Source: Mytilus trossulus (taxonomy: Eukaryota). Taken from it: DNA of 64,000 nt. A program made the translations under genes and the position numbers. Below, piece by piece: positions 12,835-57,440 of this stretch. The stretch spans positions 72,664,001 to 72,728,000 of the forward strand of contig NC_086375.1 of the NCBI RefSeq assembly GCF_036588685.1, given 5' to 3'. The notes beneath the pieces are model-generated. The model was not told the DNA's origin. It searched no databases and saw only the letters and a list, made by a program, of their open reading frames with translations. How positions within the stretch are numbered: position 1 is the stretch's first letter; each line of letters opens with the position of its first letter.

Positions 12835-13166
12835 GGCCACATTTAAAAGAATTTCCGTTTCCTTCCCCCGGGTCGACTTTTGTCACCAGACCAGAAAGAC
12901 AGGTAATTTTTTTAACTGGGTGTTATAGTCTGGTGACATGAATGAGTTGACTTGTCTAGTCGAGGCCACTTATTAGTTATGTGTGCTCAATTTGAGTGTA
13001 TTTATTTAGATAATCAATCATTTTGCTTTAAAGCACTTTTCAAAAATGGAAACAAATTATTTTCAGGAATAAAAATAATCTCGATTTCTTTGTGGAATAC
13101 AATTTTTTGACCAGAGGGCTTATTTTTGAGTTGGGAAGGAAAAACAAACATATTTTTATTTTGGCC
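12835..13166. mobile_element. MITE with GGCC termini (PIF/Harbinger-like)
   Basis: Imperfect TIRs ggccacatttaaaagaattt / aaacatatttttattttggcc; flanks tca/tcg. Termini resemble those of 37941-39542. Confidence 0.5.
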
Positions 13167-13717
13167 TCGCATAGTTTTCTATGGCTACATTTTTTTCCAA
13201 AGACAAATATTTTCTTTTTTAGTTTAATAGTGCTTAATTTTCAAATTTGAGCTAATTATATAAACTTGCAGTGCTTGTGTCTATATAAAGGAAATAAGAT
13301 TAACCTTAGCATTAGTCACGTCAAGGACTTCGATGAACATAATCTATGTATAACTGGTGAAATATAAGATCAGTGATTTTCTTAATACAATAACTTAAAC
13401 CTGTCAAAATGCACATTTTAATAGTCAGTCGTTACTATCTGCAGTTTCAAGAAATTCTGTTAAGCTGTTTCAGGGGATTTAAGGTGACAAATACAGGACT
13501 TACAGAGTTATACCCTACGCTATGAACCTTTGATGAGTGAGGTATGATAAAGACAATGCCTTTTTCAGATTAAAATATCAAGCAGAACAACCTCATGGGG
13601 ATTTATAATAAATAACCCACATGAAGTCTGAGAAAAGCACAGAATAGGGGGAACTATCTAACTCATATAAACCAATCAGAGTCTAGCATTTTGACATGAA
13701 GTATAGTATATTCAATT

Positions 13718-14534
13718 AAAGAACCTTAGTGAGCACGCTCACATACCCCACATCCCCACAATGTCATTGGAGAAATTAAATAAGTGTAAAAAAAAAAATT
13801 GTAATTGTAATTTCAGGAAACTCTGTTGAGGAGTTGAGATGACAAACTGTTGCAGTAGTACATTAAAGTAAATAAATTCAAAACTCTTAGAAAAAAATTG
13901 AATCGCAATTTCCCGTCGATATGCACAACTACATAGTATGTTCTTATTATCTGAAAAGGTTTCGTGAAATTCTGTTGTGTGATTTGAGAGGAGTTGCGAT
14001 GACAATCTGTTGCAGTAGTACATTAAAGTAAATAAGTTCAAAGGGGCACATCTCCTAGAAAAAAAGTTGAATCGCAATTTCCCGTCGATATGCACAACTG
14101 CATAGTATGTCCTTATTATCTGAAAAGGTTTCATAAAATTCTGTTGTGTGGTTTGAGAGGAGTTGCGATGACAAACTGTTGCAGTAGAACATTAAAGTAA
14201 ATAAGTTCAAAGGGGCGTAACTCCTAGAAAAAAATTTAATAGCAATTTCCCGTCGATATGCACAACTAAATAGTATGTCCTTATTATATGAAAAGGTTTC
14301 GTGAAATTCTGTTGTGTGATTTGAGAGGAGTTGCGATGACAAACTGTTGCAGTAGTACATTAAAGTAAATAAGTTCAAAGGGGCGTAACTCCTAGAAAAA
14401 AAATTGTATAGCAATTTCCTGTCGATATGCACAACTACATAGTATGTCCTTATTATCTGAAAAGGTTTCGTGAAATTCTGTGGTGTGGTTTGAGAGGAGT
14501 TGCGATGACAAGAAACAGGACTGACGGACGGACG

Positions 14535-14588
<54 letters not shown>
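13718..14588. mobile_element. HINE/Helentron-like element with about 4 x 169-bp internal repeats and (GACG)n
   Basis: tttcccgtcgatatgcacaact recurs at 168-169-bp spacing; gacggacggacg microsatellite; 3' hairpin attataccc..cgcaactcgttgcg..gggtataat; subterminal atacccca/tggggtat. Confidence 0.8.
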
Positions 14589-15289
14589 TACACAAGTGTG
14601 ACATTTCCGCATGCATCTTTTCTTTCCACTGTGGTGGTCTGAAGAGTAAATTGTCTCATTACTTAAAAGTTCAATCTCTTTAGACATAAGCCCATCCTTA
14701 ACTGAAAAAATGTGGATCTCATTAAGGCAGTTAGTTGTATTTCAGGAAGCATCCTTGCTTTTCATCATTTAATTCCTACATTTATTGCTTTTAGTCCCAA
14801 TATCATTTAGCCTACAATTCATCTAATTCATTTTTTCTTTACATTTGTTTTAAAACATTTCATTTAATTGTTAAACTTTCATATAATAATAAGTTATGTT
14901 GTGTTGTTGCAACACTGCCCCAGGTTAGTGGATGGTTGAGTGCTCAGAATCCTGTTTAACACTGCTTCAAGTTTTTATGTGCCTTTCCCCAAGTCAGGAG
15001 TCAGTAGTTGTTGTTGGTTCATGTCTGTCATATTTGTTTTCTGTAAGTGTTTTCTTATAAATTAGGCCCTGTTTTCTGAACTGAATTGTTTCATTTTTTT
15101 TCATGTCACTGTCTTTTATAGCGAACTATATAGTAAGAGTTTTTCTTATTGCTTACATCCACCTCATTTGAACTATGGTGGATAGCTGTCTCATCAGAAA
15201 TCCTAACACATCTCCTTCTTGTCTTATTTACAATATAAGCAAAATAAATCATCGCTTGTGGCATGTAGAAAACAGAAATTCATTTTTTT

Positions 15290-18200
15290 CATTTTAATGA
15301 CAGTTTTAAGAAAAAAATATCACTCTTGACAATTCCTGACCACAAACAAAGACCTAGTACATCATGCATATTTACCTGAAAATAGTGCATCTCATTCTAT
15401 TAGTTACTCAAATGCATCTAAAAGAATTATAACCTAGACAGCACGATTAAATTAAAACAAGTCATTATTAAAATTTTAACAAGTTACTGTTACATTTCAT
15501 GTTTGAATAAGAAAATGTTCCACTTTAGTACACAAATAAATTTGACATTTTATGATTTTCTGTTTAATAATTACAATAACATAAAAATTTCAATGGTGAA
15601 TGAAAGCATAAAGTTAAGTCACATCAGGGATTAGTGAAGTAATTGCTAGATTAAAAAAAATACGAAAATTCTACCCTCACTTAATGAATGGTACCCTATT
15701 TTAGTTGGTGTCTATTTTTGCCATTTAAATGCAAAATAAATTTTAAAACTGTTTACATATTTTCAAAATGAAATTTTGCAATTGCTTGACATATAAAAGA
15801 ATAAACAAATAATTCTTCCCTTTGCAAACAGATTTCATGACCATTTTCAGGATTATTGGAAACTTTTCTTGATAAAACTTGATTAGCATGATAAGTTTAC
15901 TTCTTCTCTGTGTAAAGTACTGTGGATTGTTTATATAAGATGCATCTAACATCTTGATACTTGTATAGGGAAATAACCATTCTGTTACTGTGTCAAATCT
16001 TACTGAAATGTTTGAAATTTAGTCAAACTTTGGCCTATATATCTGATATGTACATGTATTAACCTAGTTAAATGTTAATGTATCAGGATATAAGAACAAC
16101 AGCCTACTGCATTCAGTAAAGACTGTTCCTTTCTTTTTTTGAAAGATTGTTAATGTTTAAATGGAATCATCTGTTCATAGAGTTTTTTGTTTTATTTATG
16201 CTCTATGGAATCTACGAAAAATTAACCAGATTTCATACATTATTAAGGGAAGTTTGGAAATTTTTACTAAATATATCTCATAAAAGAATTATTTTTTTTT
16301 GGCATACATGAAAAATAGATTTGGTTCACTTGAAATTTGTATTTTGCTTCCTTTTATCACTTAGAATATTTAACAACAGACATATGGCAATGCACTGGCA
16401 CATTATAAACTTGGCATGTCAATCATTGGTAATGGTAATGCTATAGTTAAATAATGGAATGTAAATTTTGGTAACTTATTATTAATAAAATAATCTTAAA
16501 TATGACCATCCTCTGGAGAAAAAAATTATGTTCAAAACATTAACAAGGATTTCAGTTTAAAGTTGTATATACTTATCAAACTAAGTAGTTAATGTCTACC
16601 CATGGCTGATTATAAGTTTTCCAAAATTAAAACCTATTAAAAAATACAATGGGATACTGGAACAAATTGATTTTAGAAGATTTTTAAAAATGTTAACACA
16701 GCTCTTAAAATCCACCACCATCCTTTAATAAAAATCATTTAATACAATATTGTTCAACTTCCATTTAATGAAAAACAAATCCTATCACTTCTCCTTCCAA
16801 AAGTCCTAATAACAATGATTAATATTAATAAGAATTAGGCCTTAACTTTGTCGTTTCTTTGTGAGTCAAATATATTAAGTACCAATATGTGTTCTGTTCT
16901 TATATGGAATTGTGAAGTTCTCGTCATTATTTTAAATGCATATATAAAAATGTTTGGGAGAAAGTCATTTGATACAATCAATATATGATCAGTTTAACAA
17001 AATTGAGGTCCTTTTATAATATTAAGAGAGATTGCATATGTTTAGTAAAATGAAAATGAGAAATTAAAAAAAAAAAATATTGCAAAAATGTGTGTTGATC
17101 CCATCTTAAAATAACAAGAAGACTACTTAACAAACATAACAACAGTTAGTTAACAAACTCACTCATAACTAATTATACTTATTGTAACTATCGCTCAGTC
17201 CTCATTCTAACAAACAATGAAAATAATGTACAGTCAAGAATATCTTGAAAAAAATGAAATAGAAGGGAATTAATTTTTCATTTAATTAATGTAAATAAAT
17301 CTGATTGAGGAAATGGATCTTTAATTATTTGAACATTTTAAATTTTGTGTCTTTTAACAGAAATTTAAGGACAAAGAATAAAGTTACAAAACATTCTATG
17401 TTCTATGAGCAAAGCTGTTGTAGTTCAAAATAAATATCTACGGTACTCATAGAGCTTCATTTTACTACATGTCTGATATTTTTCCATCTATCATAAACAT
17501 TAGAGAAAAGATAACTTTGTGTACAATAGTAAGTGAACACATCATTTAATGACCTTATGACCATGCACATAAAATTTACATATTACTGATCAAGAATGAG
17601 CAGGTGTATGAAGTAACTAACAATGCTAAAATGCATCTATAATTTTACAGAAATCTTTCTTAAAATATCTGACATACACTTTCTTTCTTATTTCCTTATG
17701 AAAAAGTAATAACTTTCGGTAAATTTTTATTCGTTCATTGGCTTTGATTTCTGAAGTTCTTGAAAGGAAAAAATTAAACAATCGTTCCCACTTTGTCCTC
17801 ACTTTTTCATGTATTTGCAGAAGTAAAAGGACTTATGATTATAATTCTATTTGAGTGTTTGGTTTACAAAAGTGTCACCACAATTACCAGAAATCACAAA
17901 CAAAATTAATTTCTTTTTTTTTTGGTATGAACAATTTTTGACAATAAATTAACAACAGCAAATAGCTAACAAAAATAGCACTTTTTTTCAAGAATGTTAC
18001 GAATACGAATTTTGTCCAATCCGCAATACATGTATCATTGTCCCGTTATCATCTACTTTTAACAATAAACACAAATATTACACTGCCAACAGCCAATCAC
18101 AGTTAATGCAAACACATATATATTGATACATATATTTAGTAAGGCAAATTAATACTTGTCAGGTCAGAATTGGATTAAATACTGCATTTAATTGTATTTA

Positions 18201-19164
18201 TGACTAGACTATAAAAGCAGTTGTGGGATATACATGCTGTGTACAATAATACTGTATGCACTGTATGTATAATGTGTTACTTGATCTGGCTCCACAGATA
18301 ATGATTTATTAAAGATTTCAATGATTGTTGGTCAAGTCATGTCTTTTTTTATCAAAGGGAAAGCGCTATACAGTATATCATTTAAACAGATTGTTCTAAT
18401 GAAAAGAGTATTTACATCTTTACCATACACAGGTTTGTCCATTGGATATAATCTTATTGATATGTGACCTCAATTTAACACTTGCAAATACATGTTGTGA
18501 TGATTATTTAAATGTTATGATCATCTAACTTTGGCAATATTTTATTGATAAGACCTTTTTTACTGACAAATTAATCAACAACACCGGTAGGATATATGGA
18601 GATGATCTACATAATAAAAGCCTTACATATACGCTGTTTAACTATTTAGGTACGCAATCATCAAAGATTTGTAAAACACACACATCTATCCAGTACAAAA
18701 TCTGTTGTGGTAAAAGCATTAACTGTCTGAACTCGATTTGCATGATATTAACCTGAGGTACATCTATGACAAAATCAAAATGTACATAAATCTATCAGGC
18801 ATTTCAATTTGTGACTCCTCCCATTCCTTTTAAGGCAAAGTGGGTGGAGTATCACAGGGTGCTGCAAGTTAATTTAATGGACTATTTATCACAGAATTGC
18901 AATTATACAAAATCTTGACCCGCACATAAATGTACACTGACCTCACTTCATACAGGATGACATATTCCATAAAATCTTCACTTTTACTCTTCGATTATAT
19001 ACAATATAAAAATTTACAGCAGTTATTCACACTTTCATTCATTCACTTATTTTTTTATCATCTCTACTACACAATAAACTTGCAGACACCAGATAAAGAG
19101 ATTGAATGTCCCAACATTACGACAATAAATGGTCCATGATCTTTAAATAAATCACTTTTTGGTC
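15290..19164 (-). other. Probable long 3' UTR of the B56 gene
   Basis: About 3.9 kb AT-rich tract with little recognisable transposon sequence after the stop codon; minus-strand ATTAAA near 15295. The end point is a guess. Confidence 0.35.
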
Positions 19165-49960
<30,796 letters not shown>

Positions 49961-50277
49961 TTCGAGAAAACTCGTGTCCCCGGGTTAGATTTTAATGATG
50001 TATGGATTTTGCTTCGACACACAACAAGCTTAGTGATTGGTAAATTTTTATCACATGGAAAAATCCTATTTTTAGATTTCTATCATGTGCAATTTTACAC
50101 TTTCAAGTGCGCGAAAATTTAAACAGACTCAAGCACTTTCAAAAAGAATTCGGTCATGTAATTGTTCTTTGCGATCTCAATATTATACCGATTTCATAGT
50201 ATTGTCGGTAGTTTATTCCAATTAGAGACATATATAAAATGTGAAATCACAAAAATACGGAATTCAGTAGGCTAAAT

Positions 50278-50522
50278 CAGAGACATATACACATATATAT
50301 ATATATGGCCACCGAAAGCACTTTTTTTGAGAGCCCAGGTGGTCGTGTGGTCTAGCGGGACGGCTGCAGTGCAGGCGATTTGGTGTCACGATATCACAGT
50401 AGCATGGGTTCGAATCCCGGCGAGGGAAGAACCAAAAATTTGCGAAAGCAAATTTACAGATCTAACATTGTTGGGTTGATGTTTAGACGAGTTGTATATA
50501 TATATATATATATATGTCTCTG
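50278..50522. mobile_element. MITE with CAGAGAC termini and 7-bp TSD (P-superfamily-like) containing a tRNA-derived SINE-like cassette
   Basis: TSD gctaaat at 50271-50277 and 50523-50529; TIRs cagagacatata/tatatgtctctg; internal A box tggtcgtgtgg and B box ggttcgaatcc between (TA)n tracts. Confidence 0.7.
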
Positions 50523-50616
50523 GCTAAATTATTATAGGTCAAAGTACAGTCTTCAACATAGAGCCTTGGCTCACAACGAACAGCAAGCTATTCAGGGCCC
50601 CAAAACGACATCTGTA

Positions 50617-51856
50617 ATGGCGTAGCTGAGTCATTTTTACGTGTACGCCCGAACCTTGGCGAGGGATATGACGGGTTCTAACCGCTCAATGTTAAAGCAC
50701 CTGCTGGTATAGTGGGGTTGAAAGGGAAAGCTATCGAGAATGAACCATAATAATTCCTGTCAGTTAAAAAATCATTGATAGCAACATACTTTTGAATCTA
50801 AATGGTTTATTTGTTTTGGTTAAATTTTGTAATATGTTATCTTATTCATCGTGTTAATCTGGAAGCTAGCCTAATGGTCATTGGTTTTAGAGAAAACGTC
50901 CAAACCAATAGTACTTTTAAATAAGTTTAAAGGGTGCCGTGAGTGAGCATACAATCGACAAAAGCATCTTTTAAAGAACACTGAAAAAAATATTTCTAAG
51001 AGGAGCAATATAAAAAACAAATGGAACACCTAGTATTTCTTGCCATAAAAAGTGAATCAATTTGTCATTTAAAAAAAAATCAAAAATCAAAATCTATGAA
51101 GGTTTTATAAATTGAGCATGTAAAACAATTAATTGCGTAAAGAAGAGTCCGGCTATCTGTCTATCAGAAAAGAACAGAAAAATGAACGAAAACAAATGCT
51201 TTCAAAATTTTAGCTTTAGACGCCGGTTAGTCATAGAAAAAGCTTCTTTGGCATTTTCATAAAATTCGATGACCGTACGACAAGTAGTTAATGTAATTGA
51301 GAAATAAGAAAATGTAAGCCCAAACTGCGACCACTTATTAATTGCAAAAAGAAATACAGTCAAGTTGTCCTTAAAATGCGGGAAAATTAAAGGTATAATT
51401 GCATTATTATATTGCTCTGAAAACTCTTTTGATCATAAACAGTTTCTGTCCAACTTGCGTAAAATTTCACGGAGAGTCATTCAAAAGACTTCAATCCACA
51501 TTCGGAACCTAAATATTGACGCCGCTTTGTCTCGCTTTTGGGACATAAATCACAGGCTCGACAAAAATATAAACATCATAACGAATCTGAGCAGATAGTG
51601 AATTGCTTTAAATATAATAAAAGTACGTAGAATTCATAGTTTATTCAGACGTTTACAAAAGATTCGAATAAATATATTAGATGATCTATTTGAGTAAATT
51701 TAGTCCCTTTTTATTCAAAATTACAATCCATTGAAAAAAGAAGCACAAGGCTGATGTGCTTTTGACCAGTATTTCTTATTCTATGTCGATTATTTGTTTT
51801 ATTTGCAAAATTGAAGTGTACGCCCGGGCGTTTTGACGTAAACGTAGCTACGCGCA
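50617..51856. mobile_element. TA-flanked TIR element inserted into a dispersed repeat; contains a HINE remnant (about 51370-51570)
   Basis: Ends atggcgtagct / agctacgcgca; gtgtacgccc at both ends. The flanks rejoin as tgTA|aagccattcaaac, matching the uninterrupted reverse copy near 46385-46410. Confidence 0.6.
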
Positions 51857-51974
51857 TAAAGCCATTCAAACGGCAGTGGCATCGACCCAGTGGTTGTAAA
51901 TAAACTCATCATAGATACTAGGGTTAAATTTTGTATATACGCCAGATGTATAAATTTCCGTAATTAAGGTTTTA

Positions 51975-53826
51975 GAGGGGGCAAGGGGTTTAACTGTTAT
52001 GCTGTTATGGGGCAATTTAATTCTTTGTTATCTGTTATTTTGAAAATATATTTGCTGTTAGCTGTTATTGTCTTATTCTTTGTTAGCTTTTATTGGGCTT
52101 TTAGTTTTTTTGTTATCTGTTATTGTGATAATGTATTTGCTGTTAACTGTTATTGAAAATTGGAATGTTAGCATTTTTTTTTGACAGTCAATATTCGGTA
52201 TAAATTGAAGATCATTGGACATTGGGGTTTACCACTACTAATATGTTTGTCCCGTATTCAGAGAAGGATTCCATTAACATATACCCATCACAGAAGTGAG
52301 GTCCAGGACATTTCAAGTATATCTTATGATTATCCTTTGTAATAAATTCCATTTTTTTATGAATGTGTATTTAGAATTATCTTAATTTTTTGTATGAGAA
52401 TAATGTTCCTTGTTTCCCGTACGAACATATTAAATTAAAAATAATTCTTAATATGACAAAAAGGAAAACATATTGCCAGGAATATCTGACAAGGATCTCA
52501 ATTAAGGACTAGGTCCTAACAACCAGTTAACCATTTATATAATATGGTACATAGACTCAGCTCTGTGATTCTTTTCAAAGCAGAACCAAATGCATTGTAC
52601 AATGAAAGTACCAACCATGCACTTGGGTCCGAAACTGCACATGACTCATTACAAACAAAGATTTATTTCGTTATAAGCCATTGTTACCCTACTAAACTAT
52701 GTATTCTACTTACTAATACAATTGGTACAATCAAAAACCTGATAAAAAATTGTTCAAATAAGGCCTTTGAAAATAGTGGAATAAATTGCTTTTGGAGTGT
52801 CAAAATTCGTTCGAAGTACTTGACAAATTGCATGCTTATAATTGGTGCTTTTTTTCCCTACCCTATATACCACTTTGCCTCATAGTCTTATTAAGAAAAA
52901 TTCACACACCTCATTAAATGGTCATTTAGAAAAAGTCAGAGTATTCAAACTCTTTGAGGTCATTTTTTTTTAGTAGCAACAAAGGGAGCTTCAGTCAAAA
53001 TATATAAAAAAAAATACACCAACGTTTCATGAGAACTGCTGAAAGCATTTTTGAGTTATTTTTGAAAACTAGAAAATACCACCTTTTTCTAATGAATAAA
53101 ATCCCTTAACTCAATAATATAAAATCGAAAATTAATAAAAATCGAGAGGAAGTTTACAACATTTTTTTTATAAATATTTCAGCAAAGTTTCATGAGAACT
53201 GCTGAAAACATGTTTGTGTCAATGGCTGAAAACTGGAAAATCACCTCTTTTTAATTAATAAAACCCGTCAACTCGGAAACGTTAAATCTAAAATTTATAA
53301 AAATTGAAAGTGACCATATGTTAAAAGATACAAACAATTCACCAAAAGTCCTTGCTTTGTGAAATCATTTTTGAGAAATGATCCGAAAACAGTGAGTGAA
53401 ACAAAACATAACCCAGGAACTTGAAATCTAAAATTTATAAAAAAAAAAAAGAAAAAAAAGGAGCTCACGTCAATAGATATAAACAATTTCCCAAATTTTA
53501 ATGCAAATTGGTTAAAGAGTTTTTGAGTTAATGTCCGACATGTAGACAACAGACGTAAACAAGTGTATAAAATATATCATAATATATTGAGTAGTAATTT
53601 AAACACATTCTAGATACATAAATTAATATTAAAAACATAGTCATAGAAAATGGAATGCATTACAAAGGATTATTTCCGTAATAAAAAATACTGATTTGTC
53701 AAAGACCGAATTATTTTAATAATTCATTTACATTTATCTGTGTTTGTCCATTTTAATTCCTTGTTATCTGTTATAAGCCAAATCAATTTGCTGTTTTGCT
53801 GTTATTGGGACCCACCTTGCCCCCTT
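51975..53826. mobile_element. TIR element (GAG terminus, ttta flanks; Sola-like?) with nested RT and HINE fragments
   Basis: gagggggcaagg / ccttgccccct ends; repeated ctgttatt motif near both ends. Confidence 0.5.
52540..52980 (+). mobile_element. Decayed Penelope-like retroelement RT fragment
   Basis: Broken frames give PKLH..HYKQRFIS and TKL.ILLTNT.GTIKNLI.NCSNKAFENSGIN.FWSVK; homologous to 57200-57440. Confidence 0.65.
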
Positions 53827-53850
53827 TTTATTTTTGAGTTTTTGACAAAA

Positions 53851-53942
53851 TTGCACAGGCACTTGTCTCAGAAAAAAAAAATCCTATACACCTTAATATT
53901 AAGGTATACAGGATTTTTTTTCTGAGACAAGTGCTTGTGCAA
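53851..53942. repeat. About 92-bp palindrome; probably two TTAA-associated TIR ends back to back
   Basis: ttgcacaggcacttgtctcagaaaa..atcctatacaccttaat|attaaggtatacaggattt..tctgagacaagtgcttgtgcaa. Confidence 0.8.
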
Positions 53943-54499
53943 AATTGTTTGGAATTTGTCCAACAAAATTTGCATGCAGTATCGCAATAATATGTTTTGT
54001 CCTCTCAAATGTCAAATACTGTTTTTGAATCATATATTTTCTCGTTTTCAAAGAAAACACGTTAAATTTGTATCTAAAATAACAGCCAACGTTAAGTTTG
54101 AAAGTTTTACTTGGGGATGGTATCATATTTATGTCTGCATCATGCCGATGATTTTTGATGATATGTGCATCGAAAAAATTTATGAAAGAAGCGAGAAATT
54201 TAACCAAAAAATATATTTTGGGATTTTTAAGTAACTACCCAAAAACCGTTAATTGAGGGATAAAATACGAAAAATGTGACCATAAAAACTTTTTACGACC
54301 AGACGGAAATTAAAATATAGATATTATTCTATCATTTAAAACAATTTGCATGCAGCCGTGTGTTATTCCGGACCATTAAACTCGTTAACTAAGCATCTTT
54401 TTCAATGTCATTTGCAGTACTATACACATATGTGCTTCCTTAGTACATTATGACCTACCTCAAGACATCGACTCAACAATGAAACTTTATTGTCTGGCC

Positions 54500-55300
54500 G
54501 ATATTTCTTCTTTACTATTTCCTCGGACAATGACAGTCAAAAAGAAGACAAAGAAAATCTAGCAAATTGGGGAAAAAATAGAAGAATACAGTTTCATATT
54601 TAAAAATGTACTGTTCTTATAGTCACAAACATGGAAATAAACATAATCCTATGAAAATACAATCTTAAAAAGATCCTTTTATGAAGATGTGGTATGAGTG
54701 CCAATTAGACAACTTGAACTAACAATTTATAAACATCAGATTTCTGACTTAGGACAAGGCAAACATTTTCAGCGGGACTAAAAGTTTTAATGGTACCAAA
54801 CCTTCTCCCTTTTCTGAAACAATAAAAATTATAGAGAAAGGCTGTATTCCTGAACATGAAACACAAACTTAATACTTGAGTTCACCTCGTTGTACAACAC
54901 CACGGATTACGCCAGTCAAATCGGCCTTAGATTCCTGCAACCGAATCTCAACATAATTTCCAAATCCATCAACGATTATGTTTATAAGACTTCAATAAGA
55001 CCGGCCACAAATGGAATATGCCAATTCTAACAGAACCACATAAACAAAATCGAAAAAAATATATACAATTATACGAGCGGCACGATACGTAACCAGCCGA
55101 CATAGAAATAGATTATTTTTTATCAACTTCAAAAATGAACTAAGATGTGAAAGCGTACTACCAAGGTGAAAAGAAGCAAGACTAAAACCTATGATCAACC
55201 ATCTTGTGTGCACGTAAAAATATCTAGGAATTGACTCTGGGCTTAAAGAAATCATTCTAGTCGAAATCTAAAGCGCCTTACAAGGAACTCAAGACTAACC
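54500..55300 (+). mobile_element. Highly decayed LINE RT 3' region
   Basis: Fragments resembling L.FLQ.NL, RPQMEYA and RAARYVTSRHRN, typical of LINE ORF2 downstream of the RT core; many frameshifts. Confidence 0.55.
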
Positions 55301-56399
55301 ACAACTTACATTAAAATTACGTGTCAAATGGGTTGTCAAGAAAACCAGAATGCATGCTCCGTTTCTTAATTATAAAAATTATCGAAACCATAAGAGAGAA
55401 CTACAACATTACAAAAATGGGCAGTGAAGACCGTATAAGCATAACGAGAAGGTCTTTGTAAAGGTTCTGGTAGCAAACGGTAATTAGAAATCAAAACATT
55501 TGACTTATGATAACATAGCTTGAGAAAGATAAGACCGAAAGCAAGACCGAAACACCACCAACACCCTCACCAACACTACTCTCCACTTCCAACAGTTCGT
55601 GTACATCTTGCATATATGTTGCACAATACCAATATATGTACTATACAATTGATAGTAATCATGTGCATTCAGATGTTTCACCTGAATGTCGATTATTGAA
55701 AAATGTCAACAACTACACAAAGAAAGGTTTTAAAATAAACACGTTATTAGTGGTATTCAACAGGATATATTTGCTTGATATTTTTAACAAAAGAAGGGAC
55801 GCTAATTTAGAGATATCAAGTCCGACGGTGACAACGCTTTTGTTTTTAAGGATTTGACGAACAATTTGAATCAACTTTATATACCAGTATATGCTTCGAT
55901 CATTTGTGTTTATCCGCATATTTTTCTCATATCACATGTACAGATAATGGTTAAATGGGAAACCCGTACTTTAAAAGGATAATAAGATAAGAGAAACTGA
56001 AACAGTTAATATAATAGGTACACTTAGGTAGTGTAGAAACTGTTGGATAAACACTGGTTTCATAGCTAGCTAAACCTCTTACTTATACGATAGTCGCATA
56101 AAATTCAGTTTTATTGACAACGATGTTTTGAACAAAACACGGAGACATAATAGGTAAAATTATAAAAAATAAGGATACATCAGTCATGATCAGCATTCTG
56201 TTATAATCTCAATCACTATAAAAATAAATGAATATGTCAACAAAGAACACATAATGGCACAATTAAAAGGCTTTTAGCAAATACGAAAAAAATTTAGACA
56301 AGAATACCACCTTCAATATAAATTAAGAGATAAACAACTTCAACTTCAATATCAATAGAATATATACTTCAAGACCATCATGTATTGTTTGTGAAGTTT

Positions 56400-57440
56400 A
56401 TACGGAACGTATATAATCAAGGTCTTGGTATCGTCCGATGAACTTTTTTTTTAGAGAAAGTACGCGACGCTGACATAAACCCTAGTTCATCAACTTTCTG
56501 TCCAGACACTGGTGACGTTTTATAAAGTCTAAGTAGTAGCTGCAAGTTCTTGAATACCAAATGAATTGGGAAATGTATATCCCATATGCAGGTGAAGTTT
56601 TTATATTAACACTAAGGTGGGAAAATTGGTGATTTTAAAATCAATAGTCACGTTTATTATAGATTCTGGTACGGAAATGGCCGCAGATATCTAATAAGAA
56701 TGATGCGGAAGAAGACTTGTCTGTTTCGTTAATAGCTAGTTCTGGGGGATATAAAATTGGAACTCAATCAGAAAGGTTTGGATTGATAATGGAAAGAGCT
56801 TCACCTCAATATATCTGAATGTAACACTAAATGATCTGGCTTCTCTGATCTTCTTGTTATGGCAAGTTTCTGAAGGAAATCCGACTCGTATGAAAATAAG
56901 AAGAAGTCGACAAGGAGAGGCGCACAGTTCGTTCCCATATGAATGCCGACAATTTATAGAAAAAGTCTACCTCCAAATTCAACAAATATGTTGTTAATAA
57001 GAAACTCCTTGTTCCTCTGTAAAGCATAAAAAAGGTTTTGTTCACAATAGACAAAATATGTTATATGATATCCCAAAGAAATAGATATAGCATATGATAC
57101 CGTTTTATGTATTAAAATGCAAGTATATGAGTATTATTTCGTTTAGACGATTTTTCAATTTCACAGAGTATATGGTGGTATACAAGGTTGAAAAATCAAA
57201 AGTTTTGATAGAATTGATTTCAGAGAAAGTTGAGATTGATAATTGTCCACATTTTCTTTAGAGTTTGCTAGAATCCACTTAGAATTAATACCAGTATGCG
57301 AGTTAACAGTATCACAGTATTTCTGAAGACCCTCCGTTTCGCTGTGGACAGATTTTTTTGTCAATCTAATGGAAAATACCTCTGTAGACATGCAGATGAA
57401 CCGGCAATGTACGTTAATTGTACTGAACTTTGTGTATCAT
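56400..57440 (-). mobile_element. Decayed Penelope-like retroelement RT
   Basis: YIAGSS, GLQKYCDTVNSHTGIN.KWIL.NSKE, KTFDFSTLYTTI, GIHMGTNCAPLLVDFFLFSYE, FTFRYIE (degenerate YIDD), SPAYGIYISQ; stops and frameshifts. Confidence 0.8.

Noticed and set aside
13739-14687. 131-aa and 210-aa ORFs
   Set aside because: They lie in the 169-bp tandem repeats of a HINE-like element; no protein motifs.
50331-50430. Functional tRNA-Leu(CAG) gene
   Set aside because: A and B boxes are present, but acceptor and T stems do not pair and the middle is too long; treated as SINE-like.
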